Shown here: in pieces, positions 13,491-27,589 of the stretch
Layout: each line of letters starts with the position of its first letter
Position numbering within the stretch: position 1 is the stretch's first letter
Source: Glycera tridactyla
Lineage: Eukaryota
Length of the DNA: 64,000 bases
Assembly: GCA_965644265.1 (NCBI GenBank)
Contig: OZ286475.1
Location: 76,632,001 to 76,696,000 of the forward strand
Reading direction: 5' to 3'
The notes under the pieces: model-generated
The model's database searches: none
The model's input: the letters and a program-made list of their open reading frames with translations, nothing else
What the model was told of the DNA's origin: nothing
Program-made: the position numbers and the translations under genes

Positions 13491-15283
13491 ATAAATACTC
13501 GTGACTCTTGATGAATATCTCATTTCAGCTTGTGGAATCCTCTCGACATAGCCTCTGAAGAGTTGTGAAAAATAAGAATAATACCGCAGCAAAATCGCTA
13601 ATCCATTCTCATGTTTCTGTTCATCGGCGACATCCACCCATGTCCGATGCGAAGAAGACTGCTGTCTGCCTGTTTCATCCTACTCCACCCTACAGTATCA
13701 CAGGATGCCCACCAGGAAGTGTTCGGAGACAGGATGGTCGTGCCAATGGATGCTATGTTCTACTCAGCTGCTGTGTATCCATCCTTTGAAATGCGTTGAA
13801 GATGACTTTAAATAAAGTGCTGTCTATCCATCATACAATTTTCAGTGATTTCTCGTGACATTTGTTCATGAAATTTGAAGATGCATCCAATTCGTTCATG
13901 TTGAATTCGATCACGCTGCTTCAGATGACCCATGACCCTACATCACTACTTTTTCAATCAATCAATCCCTCCACTATCAGTTCTTGAGTCCATTCATCCA
14001 TCCAACCACCTCCCACCCATCAAACCAAGTATCCATACATCTGAATCCATTACACACCCACTCACTCATTCATCCACTCATCCACTCATCTTCTCAACCA
14101 CACACTCACCCACCAATCCACCAATCCATCCATCAATCAATTGATCTATCTCTCAATCTATCCAAATTCGTTCCCAATGTCATTTTATTTTGTAAAATGA
14201 TCCCAGAATGAAGTTTAGTCCAGCCATTCATCTATTCATCCATCAATCCTCAGATCCATTCGGCCGTGACCCTTGACTGTTTCAATACACATGATGCTTT
14301 GTGGGTGGAGATAATTGGGTTGATAGTAGGGTTGATGTAGGAACAGAGCATAATAACTTAAGCCATTGGTTTGACAGAACCTTCCAATACTTTCATTGAG
14401 GAACCAGATCTTTTCGACCTCCTCATTTGCCATTCAACACCTTTACTTGCAGCACTAAACTCTGTCAAATCCAAATTTTGCGGGTACGTTTCAGAAGCCA
14501 ATTTTTGTCCAATCTCAGTTTCAATGGCACAGATGTATTGAGGAGGTCCCTCGACGATTAGGTTTCAGGGACTCTGTATGCTTTTAAAGAGGAAAACACC
14601 ATCATTTCATTGCATTTAATCGGCAAATCCACAGGTACTATAGCCCGGTTTTCTTATGTGAAACAACGTAGATACGGCCGCTGAACCTGCAGCAAAACCA
14701 GCATGAAAATCGATAAATTTTGCATTCTGAACTTCGCCCAGATTGCATTTGTAGTCATCAGAGATGTACCCAAAGCCTGCCATTTCAATTAGAATCGAAC
14801 TCGCGACGCTCGGGCGAGACACGGACCCGGCACGACATAGCTTGACAGAGTTCACTAGTCAAAGTTGGCGAAGAAGTGACAGATGACCAATTTGAAGACA
14901 AGGAACAATGAATATGTCCGGTACCACCCCAACAGAACCACCATTCACTGACTTCTTTACAACCAGGACAATTATCACCGCCATCATCCTAACCACCTCC
15001 AAGATTATGAAGATCACATCGCAAATAGTAGCAGAGCTGCCACCAATATTATTGTCATCATGTCCAACAGCAAGATCACCACCAACGACACCACTACTAT
15101 TGCAAATGATACCTCAGCAACTGCCACAACCCTGAACTCGAAACGATTTCCTAATAACAAACATTAGCAAAGGTATGCTATCATCACTGTCACCAACATC
15201 ATTCATAGCCTGACAACTCATTTTGGCCTGAGATCATGTTGGTTCTACATTCGAACTCTCCCCAAACTCTCATGCCTATGATT

Positions 15284-16757
15284 TGAAGTGGATAAAACAC
15301 ACTTCTGAATATTCTATTCAATGTACTTCTCTAAGATATGATGATGGCGTGATTCAGCAATTCAACAGATCAATCATGTGAGTCAACATTCAGATAAGTA
15401 AATACAAACGAGATCAGTTCCAATATAAATGTCCAGGTTTATTGACCAACAACAAAATAGTGAGGTTGTGGTCAATAATTGAGTAATGGTTGCTAAACTA
15501 AGTGGTGCTGGAGTGCAAAGGTGATGATGAAGATGATGATGACTGATGTGACCGGTGTAGAAGGTGGAAGCAGAATGACCCTGAATACCACTGACTTTCT
15601 GGGTTTGTCACATGCATAGCATCATCGGTGGCATCATACACACCTCCCTACATCCCTGATACAACATGTTCAACCAATGACTCATTATTGAGCGCACATG
15701 CAGACCAAATCATACCACATATAATTTATGAATAAAACACATAAAACATTATGTAAAAACCATAAATATGATAACCAACATATGTAATATGACTATTATA
15801 TTTTTAATGTATATTTCAGGAAGAGGAGATCTTCATCTGTCCAGCCATTCAGTGGAAATACTGACATGACTGGAAACAATTAAAAGTGATGCAGGCTAGA
15901 AAGAGTGCATGGTCAGTCTTGCATGACAACTGCATGTAGGAGGGGTGTATGCATACACTACAAGTGATGCTGGGGTAGCTAAGGCCCCTCTCCAAAATGA
16001 CCAGTTGTCTGTACATGCATTTAACCTTTTAATGATGAGATATCATTTAGACTACATTACTGACATCTTTTAATAGTTGTCTGTTTCAGACACTGGGAAA
16101 ATGGCTGTTTCCAGACCAACCTGTCCACAGGGAAAAGGACTTCATACTAGGATGGGGGAGACTGAAAATAATAAATATCTTACATGATATATTGAAAGAC
16201 AGGACATCTAGGAGTAATTGGCTAACTTCATCATTGAAGTGTGGACTGCTGGCTTCCTAAATCAGATTGTCACTGTATTGACAATGAGTTTCCTGTTCCT
16301 GCCTGGTGTGTGTATAGTAGAAAGTGGGGGGAAAGATGCTTGCATAGGTAATTTCCCCCACACAGGACTGACTGAAACCAAACATGTTTATAGGACATTC
16401 TGTCAATTGGCAATATATTGATACTAAGAAATCTAAAGATTTCTCCTGGACATTTTCAACTGATATGAATTTCAAGACTACATGACTATAATAAAACTAC
16501 ATGTGATTAAATGGGGATTATGCATTAATATCTAGGAATACATATATGAATATATGTATATGATGACTAGGCATCAAATAAGAATAACACAATCAATACA
16601 AGTTATAATCTACAATAATAGGTAATCTGTGCAATGCACAACTCTATCAATCAATCAATCAGTGTCATAGACCTGGTCATTTCCTGACACAACACTCTGG
16701 AGAGATTCCATGCTCTCCAGTCAAACCTGTGTTGCAGGCCTCAAAATCAGACCTACA
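15284..16757 (-). repeat. 3' LTR
   Basis: TGAAGTGG...GACCTACA on the plus strand. Offset 6773 from the other copy; only two substitutions noticed by eye. Confidence 0.9.
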
Positions 16758-16761
16758 ACTA

Positions 16762-16772
16762 CTCCCCCCCTC
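16762..16772 (-). promoter_or_regulatory. Polypurine tract (PPT)
   Basis: Minus strand GAGGGGGGGAG followed by TAGT and then the LTR start TGTAGG. Confidence 0.82.
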
Positions 16773-18230
16773 AAAAGCAGACACTCGTGTCTGACCGCCA
16801 GCGTCCTCGCTGGACAACACAAGATGAGGCAAATGGTAACTGTGTGTAGGGCTGATTGCGCGTGTAGTTGTGACATGATGGCGAGATTGTGTGTGCGTGC
16901 AAATGTTCGAGAAGTTGTGGACTGACAGGTGCATGTGTGTGCGCGCATGGCATAACATGGAAGGGAATAAAGGGTACAAAAAAAATCTCAAGTGCATTGG
17001 TGTTGGTAAGGGAGGTGTAGTCGACATTTTGGTTAGGTAGGTTGATTATTAACCATGGCGCATGTGTGCGAATGCAGCGTGTGGCTGTGTGTGATGTGTG
17101 TATCATGCGTATGCTGCTGGCGTGACGCTGTTTCGATGTATGATTGATGCCCGGTATGTGTGCATCGTGGTCGGGTAGGTGTGTGTGTGTGTTTGTGTGT
17201 TTGTATGCTGGTGGATGCAGTAATCTGGATGAGTGCAAGTGTGAGCAAGTGGAAATGGTAATGTGTGTGTGTGAGCATATGTATGTGAATGTAGGTGTGT
17301 GCGTCAGTGGCGAACATGAACTGAGACGGCTGTGTGGACATGCCATGAGCATTCCCCAAACGCAATATCATGTGATGAATGTATCGCGCGCCGATTTTCC
17401 AGCAGGTAAGGCATGGTGCGTGCAAACAGTACATCAACAAACAAAACAACAGAACAAACATAAGAAACAAACAAGACCTTTCGTGAGAATGATGTGGAGG
17501 CAGATGGTGGTGTAAGGTGGAAGGTGGTGGGTAGCAGCAAGGCTGTGTGAGTCTATGTGTGTAGCACCGAGTTTCGTGCAGGTTGTGATTGCGTGTGGGC
17601 ATGTGTGTGAGGAATGTTTGTGATGTGTGTGAGTGATGAAAGGTTGAACTGCAGATAAACACTCTTGGCGGTCTGTAACCTGACCGGGCCATGGATGGCA
17701 TGAGACGTGAGACTGGCAGTGCTTGTATGCACAAATGTGAGTTCATTATGAATTTGCTGCTGGTTTCACCCTCCCACAAGATTTCAGTGCGCAACTTGCA
17801 CATGCGTCCAAGACGCATCCTAGACAGTCCATCCCAACCCCTAAAAAGCAGCATGTGGCTGACCCCAAAGTTTGCACCCTGAATGGTGCAGCAGCTGCAC
17901 TCAGGCGAACTGCTTTTGGTGTGTGCGTGTCAGCGGGGCATGCGGCCAATGCCCCGCAAGTCGTGCGTGTGATGGATCATCGTGTCGTGCGTGCGGTATA
18001 GGTGCTCCTCATGGAGAGTGGCGCCGGCTGGGACGCTTCACATCGTGTGTGTAGATGTAGCCACGGTAGAAAAAACAGTTCCGGCCGCATGTGAGATGGC
18101 TGCGTGTGCTCCGCGCCCTGTTAGCAGCTTTTCTCACATCGGCATAAGAATGATGAAAAGTAAAAAAAAAAATTGACAGCGCTGGTGCGCGACAAGAGCT
18201 TATAAATCAGCGTCTCTTGTTCCGTTCAGT

Positions 18231-18770
18231 TCAGCGAATAGTGCACTGTGCCATGATTTGATCAGAATATTTGCTGGCTAGCTGGAGATACGTGCTGGCG
18301 GGTGGTGGTGGTAGCTCTCCCTGGTGGCTGGCGGTGGCAGTAGACTGACTCTGACTTGGTGGCAGACTCTGGCTCGGTGGGGGCACGTATTCACGCATAA
18401 CTTGCATTTCAGTACCACCCGTTTGCTCAGCAGATTCCCGCCGTTGTCGCTTAGTGCGTCTCACACATGGAATAGTCAAACAACGAATGTTGCTGACGTG
18501 TGGACATTCCCTAAGCTTACTTCTGAATCTCCAAGCAAACACACACAGAAACACACAAACAACACACAAAATGCAGAAAACTAACAATAATGCATAGAAT
18601 GTGAACTCTCCTGATCCTTCTTTCGTGGGATACCTTCTACTATCTAAGTCATCTAACACCTTTCGTAAGCAATTTTGGAGTATGGGAATGGTGGGTGAAC
18701 CATTCAGAAGATGATCCAGCTGGTCTGGGATCAGATCAATAGTGCGATCAAGATCAAAGGCCAGCAGGGT
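18231..18770 (-). pseudogene. Type I membrane protein C-terminal remnant, possibly a decayed env
   Basis: Frame open from ~18770 (TLLAFDLDRTIDLIPDQLDHLL...) through a hydrophobic TM (FYALLLVFCILCVVCVFLCVFAW), basic residues and a cytoplasmic tail. It sits at the 3' end of the LTR element interior, where env normally lies. Confidence 0.45.
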
Positions 18771-20114
18771 CTAAATTCTGTCTGGAATGGGTAGATGAAT
18801 ATTTACAGATGAAGATGAGTGCAAATCTAAACTAATGAGAATAATATAGGGGTAACTACAGTGTATCACACTGAGCAGAAAATGCAATAGGGAGTATTCT
18901 GTCTAAAGGTGGGAGTACATGGGGGCATCTGTACAAACAGGTGAGAACATTTCATTTGTATGGGTGACTCGCCACAGACCATTGTTAAACAGTAAATTCT
19001 GTCTAGTAGACAGCAGTGAAATGAGTTGTAGTTGGGTATACCTGCACAGGTAGGAACTGGTATACTCAAACAGGATCACTGCATAGGTGAACTGGCTTTG
19101 AGATATTTTAGAGTTGTAAACACAGCTTGTGCGGATGTGAATTATAATTCCAAATGCCCTTTTTTTTGTTTTAAATTGGGATGATTTATCCAACTTTATG
19201 AGTCAATCTGATCATCATAAAATGTTTAATGAATTATGAACATTCTATTCAACACCTTGCATGCTTCAAGTGCAGTTAGTACAGGATCAGCTATTTGATC
19301 CTCTGATTTACTGAGAAATCATCATCATGACATGATGACATGGCACAATACCTCTAGAATGTGTATTGAAGATTGCTTTGTTGAGCAATGGTGATTCAAA
19401 ACGAGAGCCTAAAGAGTCTCTACAAGTGATAGACTAACATTTTAAGGATTATGTCTCAAAACAAAGAAATCCACCAAAATGAAGGTCATGCTTGATCAGG
19501 GTCATAGATTTGATTAAATAGTGTATGAGTTATATTTTGAGAGAAAAGGATGAGGAAAGGTACAGACTTAGATATGTGAATGCAGCAATCTGACACATCA
19601 CATGATTATTAAGGGTAAGCATATCAAAGGTGGTGAGCAAGGATTACTTGTTGCACTTATACATGTATACCTTTCCATTGTGATAATACAGGGTGTACAC
19701 CATGTTCAGGGATAATTTTGCACAGTGCCCTGTGGCAAATGGCACATAAAGTTGTGAAAAGGAACATTGAACCATATATTCTGTGCCCAGAAGGCACATG
19801 GGAATTTGCATACCTTGATATGATTACATGGTTTGAGCCACATACAAATCCGAAATGGCACATGAAATCTGCATCAATGTGCCCGAAAGACCCATAGATA
19901 TTCCCGAGCAAGAAAATCCCTGCATGTTGCTGCAGAATGTGATCTAAGCACTCACACAGAAGTGTGTGTGTTTTTTTTTTTGTTATATTAAAGATTTATG
20001 AGGTGATTTTGGTGAAAAGGGAAGATTCAAGGACAATTGACACAAAAGTCATGGATAATACATGTGTGATCAGATGTGCTTGTCATGACCAAGATATTCT
20101 CATGATAATTGTTG

Positions 20115-20540
20115 AGATGAGTGGATGATTGTGTAAGATGAGTGAATGATTGAGTGAGATGAGCGAATGACTGAGTAAGATGAGTGAATGATTGAGTGAG
20201 ATGAGTGAATGACTGAGTGAATGACCGAGTGAGATGAGTGAATGATTGAGTGAGATGAGTGAATGATTGAGTGAGATGAGTGAATGACTGAGTGAGATGA
20301 GTGAATGACTGAGTGAGATGAGTGAATGACTGAGCGGGATGAGTGAATGACTGAGTGAGATGAGTGAATGATTGAGTGAGATGAGTGAATGATTGTGTGA
20401 GATGAGTGAATGACTGAGTGAGATGAGTGAATGACTGAGTGAGATGAGTTAATGATTGAGTGAGATGAGTGAATGACTGATTGAGATGAGTGAATGACTG
20501 AGTGAGACGAGTGAATGACTGAGTGAATGATTGAGTGATT
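20115..20540. repeat. 21-bp minisatellite (GATGAGTGAATGACTGAGTGA)n, about 20 units
   Basis: Directly visible; gives the LTQSFTH-repeat pseudo-ORF. Confidence 0.93.
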
Positions 20541-22028
20541 GAGATGTTTTTGGGCCACAACAGAAGGTGTGGGTTCATGAGTACAGACAAAGGTGTCATT
20601 TCAGAGCAAATAATGTTGTGATTTACATGTTAAATTTAATCAATTATTGATTTTCCTGAGTGAAATTGGTCATTGATATCATCATGAGTGACTCAAGATA
20701 ATAAGTGGGTCACTAAGTGAATACCAGATCAGACAGGTAACGTGTCCATTCAGTTTGCAACTGATCATTTGTTCAGTTAAGGAATGAACTGAGGTAGCAT
20801 ATGTAGTCATACAATTTCTTTGGATCTGGGTGAGTCATGAATGAATGTGCACCTGAATGTTTTTGGATCGATGGGTTTATGTACAGGGATATGGGTCAAT
20901 TGTGCACTAATGGGGGATGTATTCCTATAGTTCAAAACAATACAAATATGAAGAAACCTGAGAACCATTACTGCCTATTGATGACAAACTGTGTACACAT
21001 ATGGATGGGAACACATCTCTGACAGTCAAAACTGCAGTCAAAGCTTTTCCAAGCAAAATCACATCAATATTTCTTCACAACATGGAAATCTTTACATGTA
21101 GAAGGAAAAAGAAATGGTGAGAAGCATGAGAACCATTACTGCCTATTGGTTGAAATCTATGCTGAGAGCACATATCCAACATTCAAAACTGCAGTCAAAG
21201 CTTTCCAAGTGAACCCACATCAATCTCTCCAGAACATGTACATTGTTAATCAAGGTAGGGCTAGGATCCTTGAAAAGAAATGCTAAGTTCTATAACATAG
21301 TCTCCATTAGCCTGGTTGGCCTCTACAGTTTGTCTGATGAGTGGAATAGTTCTCCAGTTGTAGTACCTGCTGATTCATGATGAAACTTGTATTTGATCTA
21401 GTGACTTTTAAAATGTGACTCCATAATGAATGACTAGCACTGAACTATAAAGCTTTTCACATACATGCCTAAAGTCAATATTTCTGCATTCCAAAATACA
21501 TTCTCCATACATACATCACACAAATTTCTCATACACTCAGATTCAGATAGTTGAATAAAGGTGCTTTCACCAGCCGCATCTACTTGTCAGTCAAACATGA
21601 CACAGGTACGTACCGATCTGTGTGACTGGCAAAGTGTGTGCATTGGGTGCGCAGATTGAGAAATTCAGGCGACATGGAGGAAAACGCATTACATAGAGTG
21701 GCACTTACCATGCGTAGTGGGAGGCGTGTTGCTCTGCTTTAGGTGTCGTCATCTTCCTCGGAGTGGTAGCCATTGTCTGGTTGAGTCAGTCTAACTAGCT
21801 TTTCAAATTCTATGTGAAAGGCGATGCAAACTGGACAATGTGTGCATGCACATGCATTATTTTGTGAGTCACAGCTGGTACACAGCAAACAGGACTTTCG
21901 TCATGAATAGCGATCAAGATATTCAGCAAATTTGGCGAATCTTGTGTCAAAGTGTGAAGAAATTCACGAACAGTTTTTGAGCGATATAGAAGCACTAATG
22001 CTGACCATTTCCGTTGTGATTATGAGAC

Positions 22029-22054
22029 GGTTCGATGCTGGCTCGACGGCTCCA
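22029..22054 (-). promoter_or_regulatory. Primer binding site-like motif
   Basis: Minus strand TGGAGCCGTCGAGCCAGCATCGAACC, complementary to a tRNA-like 3' end (GGTTCGA...CCA), 2 nt from the LTR end. It resembles tRNA-Tyr/His 3' ends but is not a perfect match to either as I recall them. Confidence 0.72.
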
Positions 22055-22056
22055 GA

Positions 22057-23530
22057 TGAAGTGGATAAAACACACTTCTGAATATTCTATTCAATGTACT
22101 TCTCTAAGATATGATGATGGCGTGATTCAGCAATTCAACAGATCAATCATGTGAGTCAACATTCAGATAAGTAAATACAAACGAGATCAGTTCCAATATA
22201 AATGTCCAGGTTTATTGACCAACAACAAAATAGTGAGGTTGTGGTCAATAATTGAGTAATGGTTGCTAAACTAAGTGGTGCTGGAGTGCAAAGGTGATGA
22301 TGAAGATGATGATGACTGATGTGACCGGTGTAGAAGGTGGAAGCAGAATGACCCTGAATACCACTGACTTTCTGGGTTTGTCACATGCATAGCATCATCG
22401 GTGGCATCATACACACCTCCCTACATCCCTGATACAACATGTTCAACCAATGACTCATTATTGAGCGCACATGCAGACCAAATCATACCACATATAATTT
22501 ATGAATAAAACACATAAAACATTATGTAAAAACCATAAATATGATAACCAACATATGTAATATGACTATTATATTTTTAATGTATATTTCAGGAAGAGGA
22601 GATCTTCATCTGTCCAGCCATTCAGTGGAAATACTGACATGACTGGAAACAATTAAAAGTGATGCAGGCTAGAAAGAGTGCATGGTCAGTCTTGCATGAC
22701 AACTGCATGTAGGAGGGGTGTATGCATACACTACAAGTGATGCTGGGGTAGCTAAGGCCCCTCTCCAAAATGACCAGTTGTCTGTACATGCATTTAACCT
22801 TTTAATGATGAGATATCATTTAGACTACATTACTGACATCTTTTAATAGTTGTCTGTTTCAGACACTGGGAAAATGGCTGTTTCCAGACCAACCTGTCCA
22901 CAGGGAAAAGGACTTCATACTAGGATGGGGGAGACTGAAAATAATAAATATCTTACATGATATATTGAAAGACAGGACATCTAGGAGTAATTGGCTAACT
23001 TCATCATTGAAGTGTGGACTGCTGGCTTCCTAAATCAGATTGTCACTGTATTGACAATGAGTTCCCTGTTCCTGCCTGGTGTGTGTATAGTAGAAAGTGG
23101 GGGGAAAGATGCTTGCATAGGTAATTTCCCCCACACAGGACTGACTGAAACCAAACATGTTTATAGGACATTCTGTCAATTGGCAATATATTGATACTAA
23201 GAAATCTAAAGATTTCTCCTGGACATTTTCAACTGATATGAATTTCAAGACTACATGACTATAATAAAACTACATGTGATTAAATGGGGATTATGCATCA
23301 ATATCTAGGAATACATATATGAATATATGTATATGATGACTAGGCATCAAATAAGAATAACACAATCAATACAAGTTATAATCTACAATAATAGGTAATC
23401 TGTGCAATGCACAACTCTATCAATCAATCAATCAGTGTCATAGACCTGGTCATTTCCTGACACAACACTCTGGAGAGATTCCATGCTCTCCAGTCAAACC
23501 TGTGTTGCAGGCCTCAAAATCAGACCTACA
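22057..23530 (-). repeat. 5' LTR
   Basis: Near-identical to 15284-16757. Confidence 0.9.
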
Positions 23531-23829
23531 ACTTGTACATCTCACGATGATCGTTTGATGGATTTTTGTTCAGGTTGAACCATACCATTTGAAGAGGATA
23601 GGATTTGAAGAGGGACACACCAACTACGTGTCATAAGCAGGTGGAATATTAGCAACCACACGGGAATGATGATTCACGAGGCAATGGTCAGCTCGTTGCT
23701 GCATTTAAGCTATTCAGCTACATCGGAGAAATGCTACAAATTGTTATTCCCATATGCTGACCAACTATTACAAGTCAAGGACCAATTTTCACAGCTTGTG
23801 ATATAGCAAGACTATATGGCCCTGAAGTA

Positions 23830-26800
23830 AATACGCAATACCAAACAAGGTGTGAATTTCACAGGATGTCTCGAGGCTGAAGCCCGAGTGACCTCCAGAG
23901 AAATTCACACTGAGTTTGGTATTGCATTTTTACCTAACGGTCATATATTCTTGCTTTCATCACATGGATTAGGAGAGAAATCATCTAAAAGTAATTCTCA
24001 ATACTCAACACCTGATACTTCGATTAAAATGGCACATCCATGTGATAGCAATCGATACAACCCACAGCAAGAGATAGGGAATGGATGGATACCTGGCAAG
24101 AAGAAATGGACAACAATAGAATTCATTGTTGCTATGAATACAGCCTTCGTTCACAGGTGAGGCGATTGGATATAATCATGTCTGCAGAGTTTCTGACATT
24201 GATTACATTGCAGACAAACGACCCCATAATTCTATGTCACAATCGCTTGTCACATGTCTGTGGCGGCACGCTTCTCCGATGATGACATCGCTTGGTTCTA
24301 TGAGTACAGACTGCATTTATTCACAGTTCTTTTTATAGATGACATCAGTTTTGTTTATCATTTGTGTACTCACGAACGAGAGCAAAAGTTGATGGCGCAC
24401 ATTTTTCTCACTGGGAATAATCCATCTCACATTTTTGCCGAGAAAGTACTGAGCTGAATGAACGAACGAACAGACAAACAGCTCACCAAACAAAGTAGTC
24501 TCGCATGAATAATACACATGCAAAACATTTATGAACGCTGGAAATAGGCTGACATTTGCATAGTTCGACTGATGTACTGAGGCAAGCCTGAAACTGTGAA
24601 TAATATACAATATAAAGGAGGCAGGGAGCCCTCATTCCCTCAAACTAAACACACACGCAAACACACACACAAACACACACACACACGAGCATATACAAAC
24701 ACACACAAGCATAGATATACACACACAGGCGTGCTCGCACAAGAGCATATACAAACACACACAAGCATACAGATACACATGTACAAACACATATGAAGTG
24801 TTGTTTGTGTACAGATTATCCCATGCATCCTTCCTCATGGCATGATTCAGTTCTGAGCAAATACTAAGTGGTAGAAATCACCTACGATACGAATACCGAA
24901 AAACGAGCAAAATGCTAAGTGGTGGAAATCACCTCCGATACAGATTACGGCCTCAATTTGAAAATTCTGACTACTAGTTCAACTTTCAGTCTATGAAATA
25001 ATTCATACAGCTTCAATTCATTTTCTGATCTTCAGACACTGACCACTCATCTTCAGAAGCCAGCTGCTTATAAAAGCAGGATGTATCATGTCCAACCTCT
25101 CCAATTCTTCATGCGACCACTTGGTGGTATTTCTGAACATATTTGATCATGTGTGAGCTTTAAATGCAAACCATCTGTTGCATGCCCCTTTTGTCGTTCA
25201 TCAGATGTGGCAGTAATTTGGTGAATGGGCCGGACGTTCATGTGCTGTATTTTCTGAATGTCTGTCAGTGATATTGATGTATTTGTGATGTGGACTACGT
25301 GATATTCAGAACGTATGGCTATCAGCTTGGTAGCATGTGACAGATGCATATGGGCACAGTCGAACCTGTTGAAAGAGGCAGCCTCAAGTTGCATCAGAAA
25401 GCAGCTCCATAGCTCATTCAATGTGAAAAAGGCTATCATAGCCACAGCTCAGGGTGGCCCTTGGTACAGAAATGAAGCTGGAGTGTCATGCACTATGAAG
25501 TAATTTTCACGCTTCATTCATGCCAGTTTCTTTAGTGAGATCATCAGTGATGACCGCGGAGAGACATCAAAAGGAGAAGTCCTTAGAATAGCAGGTCATA
25601 AAAATGCACACTTATGGGATATCTGAGACCACCAGAAGAAATTTTTGAATCGAACGACTGACATTTGAATATGAATGGTATTGGCCGAAGGCCCCTATTG
25701 GAGTCAATGTGAAGAATTATTTTCTTTTTCTTAATTTCATTTTTCGATTAAATCTTCAGCTAAAATACTCCATTGATTCTCAACATATTCCTGCAATTAT
25801 TCTACCGATCGTATTCATTGATGTTCCTCATATAGTTATCATCAAAGGGTAATGCTTCCAGGAAATAAAAACTGCAAGAAGATTCTATACAGATATGAAC
25901 TTGCCATATCATCTTCTTGGTTGTCATAATTTTTTTTTGTTATATGTTGAATATATGTTAAAACTCACGTTGCTTGAATTCAGGCACCCAAGATCAAGAC
26001 TGCATTGGACTGCAGAAGCCAGATTGCAACTGCAACTGCCTTGCCATACTGGGAATTAAGATGGAATTCAAATGGTCAATGCAATTCAATGATGGGAGGC
26101 AAGCTAGTCACATGCGGTATGCACCAGATGTGATTTGAACTTTCATTATACACAGGCAGTTGTTTGTCGTCCATCGCAACCCTCTTATGCCTGCATGTGA
26201 TTATTTGTTCCTTTGTTTGGGTTTGACGTCCTTTCAACCATCATTGGTTAGATCAGTCTGAAATTAAGAATGTTGAAGAAAGAGGCACCGCTACCTGGGA
26301 GTGTTTCTACTCTTTGTGAAGGACAGCGGTGCTTCTTTTACGTGCTCACAGGAAGAGACTCCCACAGACATGGTTGGCCTTCTATATCCCAGTCGATATG
26401 CACTCCCCTTCAATTAGAAACCAAAAAGGAGGAATCTTTCATTGAATAGATGTCCAAATACGTTGATGTTGCAGGAAGTAACAACCAAGTCATATGAAAA
26501 CTGGTAAAATGCATTCATGCGAGTTAAGACATGATCCACCAGGGCAACATGAATGCTATAACAAGCTCCTCAATTTTATTGGGATGGTCTACGTCAAATA
26601 TCGGTTGTGCACACTCTCTGTGAAAGGTGTGATATTGATAAGGGAACATTTTCAATTCATCCACCAACAGCTGTGGTTGCGTGTAATTGTATGATAGAAT
26701 CCAAATTGTCAAAGATAAAATGATGAATGTATATGCTGTGTACCCTGAATTATGATTCCCCCCCCCCCCCCCCCGTGCCACAATAATGCTATACCAAGCT

Positions 26801-27516
26801 CATCAATCAAATCGGGATGGTTTACGTCAAATATGAGTGGTGCACAATCTCTCCTTGTGAAAGGGACAATATTGATTGGGAGCCGGTTTTAATTCATCTG
26901 CCAACAGCTGTGGCTGCATGTTATCCTATGATAGAATCAGAATCAGCAGAGGTGGAATGATGTATGTACATGATGTGTACCATGCTTTGACACGTGTTTG
27001 AACTCATGTGATGTGGCTTTGTGTATGAAAGAGGAGTGTCCATTATATGGGAGGTGTATATAATCCATGGGGGCATCCATTGTGGTATGTAATGATGAGC
27101 GGAAGCTGACTGCAAGCTGATGCTGGAGAAAGGATGTATCATAACCAGGCAGGATCCCCCGGACGTTCAGCCTCATGTGTACGAGGATCATCAGATGCTC
27201 CCGCTAACAGCTGTAGTCATTCCATGAGAGGATTCCAGGGCACGATCCCCCGGACGTTCAGCCTCATGTGTACGCGGATCATCAGATGCTCCCGCTAACA
27301 GCTGTAGTCATTCCATGAGAGGATTCCAGGGCACGATCCCCCGGACGTTCAGCCTCATGTGTACGAGGATCATCAGATGCTCCCGCTAACAGCTGTAGTC
27401 ATTCCATGAGAGAATTCCAGGGCACAATCCCCCGGACGTTCAGCCTCATGTGTACTAGGATCATCAGATGCTCCCGCTAACAGCTGTAGTCATTCCATGA
27501 GAGGATTCCAGGGCAC

Positions 27517-27519
<3 letters not shown>
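23830..27519 (+). repeat. Segmental duplication copy B (paralog of 7530-10752)
   Basis: See copy A. Ends in the 91-bp array where the virus-like DNA begins. Confidence 0.88.
27148..27519 (+). repeat. 91-bp tandem repeat, 4 full copies plus a truncated fifth
   Basis: Units start at 27148, 27239, 27330 and 27421. The fifth (27512) stops after GGCACGAT. Confidence 0.93.

Positions 27520-27588
<69 letters not shown>
27517..27588 (+). repeat. (GAT)24 microsatellite at the host/virus junction
   Basis: Perfect 72-bp tract, absent at the paralogous position (10752). Confidence 0.96.

Positions 27589-27589
<1 letters not shown>

Larger units (their letters stand above)
15284..23530 (-). mobile_element. 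Young non-autonomous LTR retroelement
   Basis: Two 1474-bp direct repeats bounded by TG...CA, a PBS-like motif 2 nt inside the 5' LTR and a PPT 4 nt before the 3' LTR. The 5.3-kb interior has no gag/pol ORF. No clean TSD. Confidence 0.85.

Noticed and set aside
14236-15135. Host gene exons (MAGFGYISDD..., LIVEGPPQYICAIE..., MNMSGTTPTEPP...)
   Set aside because: Short protein-like frames with stops, no recognisable family and no consistent splice model.
16771-17854. 193-aa and 273-aa His/Thr-rich ORFs
   Set aside because: Arise from GT/CA-rich low-complexity sequence in the LTR element interior.
20027-20599. 190-aa LTQSFTH repeat protein
   Set aside because: Translation of a 21-bp minisatellite that is stop-free by chance.
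22029-22054. tRNA gene
   Set aside because: Only a 3'-end-like segment with no D-arm or anticodon arm; its position beside the LTR fits a PBS.
27148-27519. 91-bp repeats as a CRISPR array
   Set aside because: The units are contiguous with no unique spacers, there are no cas genes, and the context is eukaryotic.
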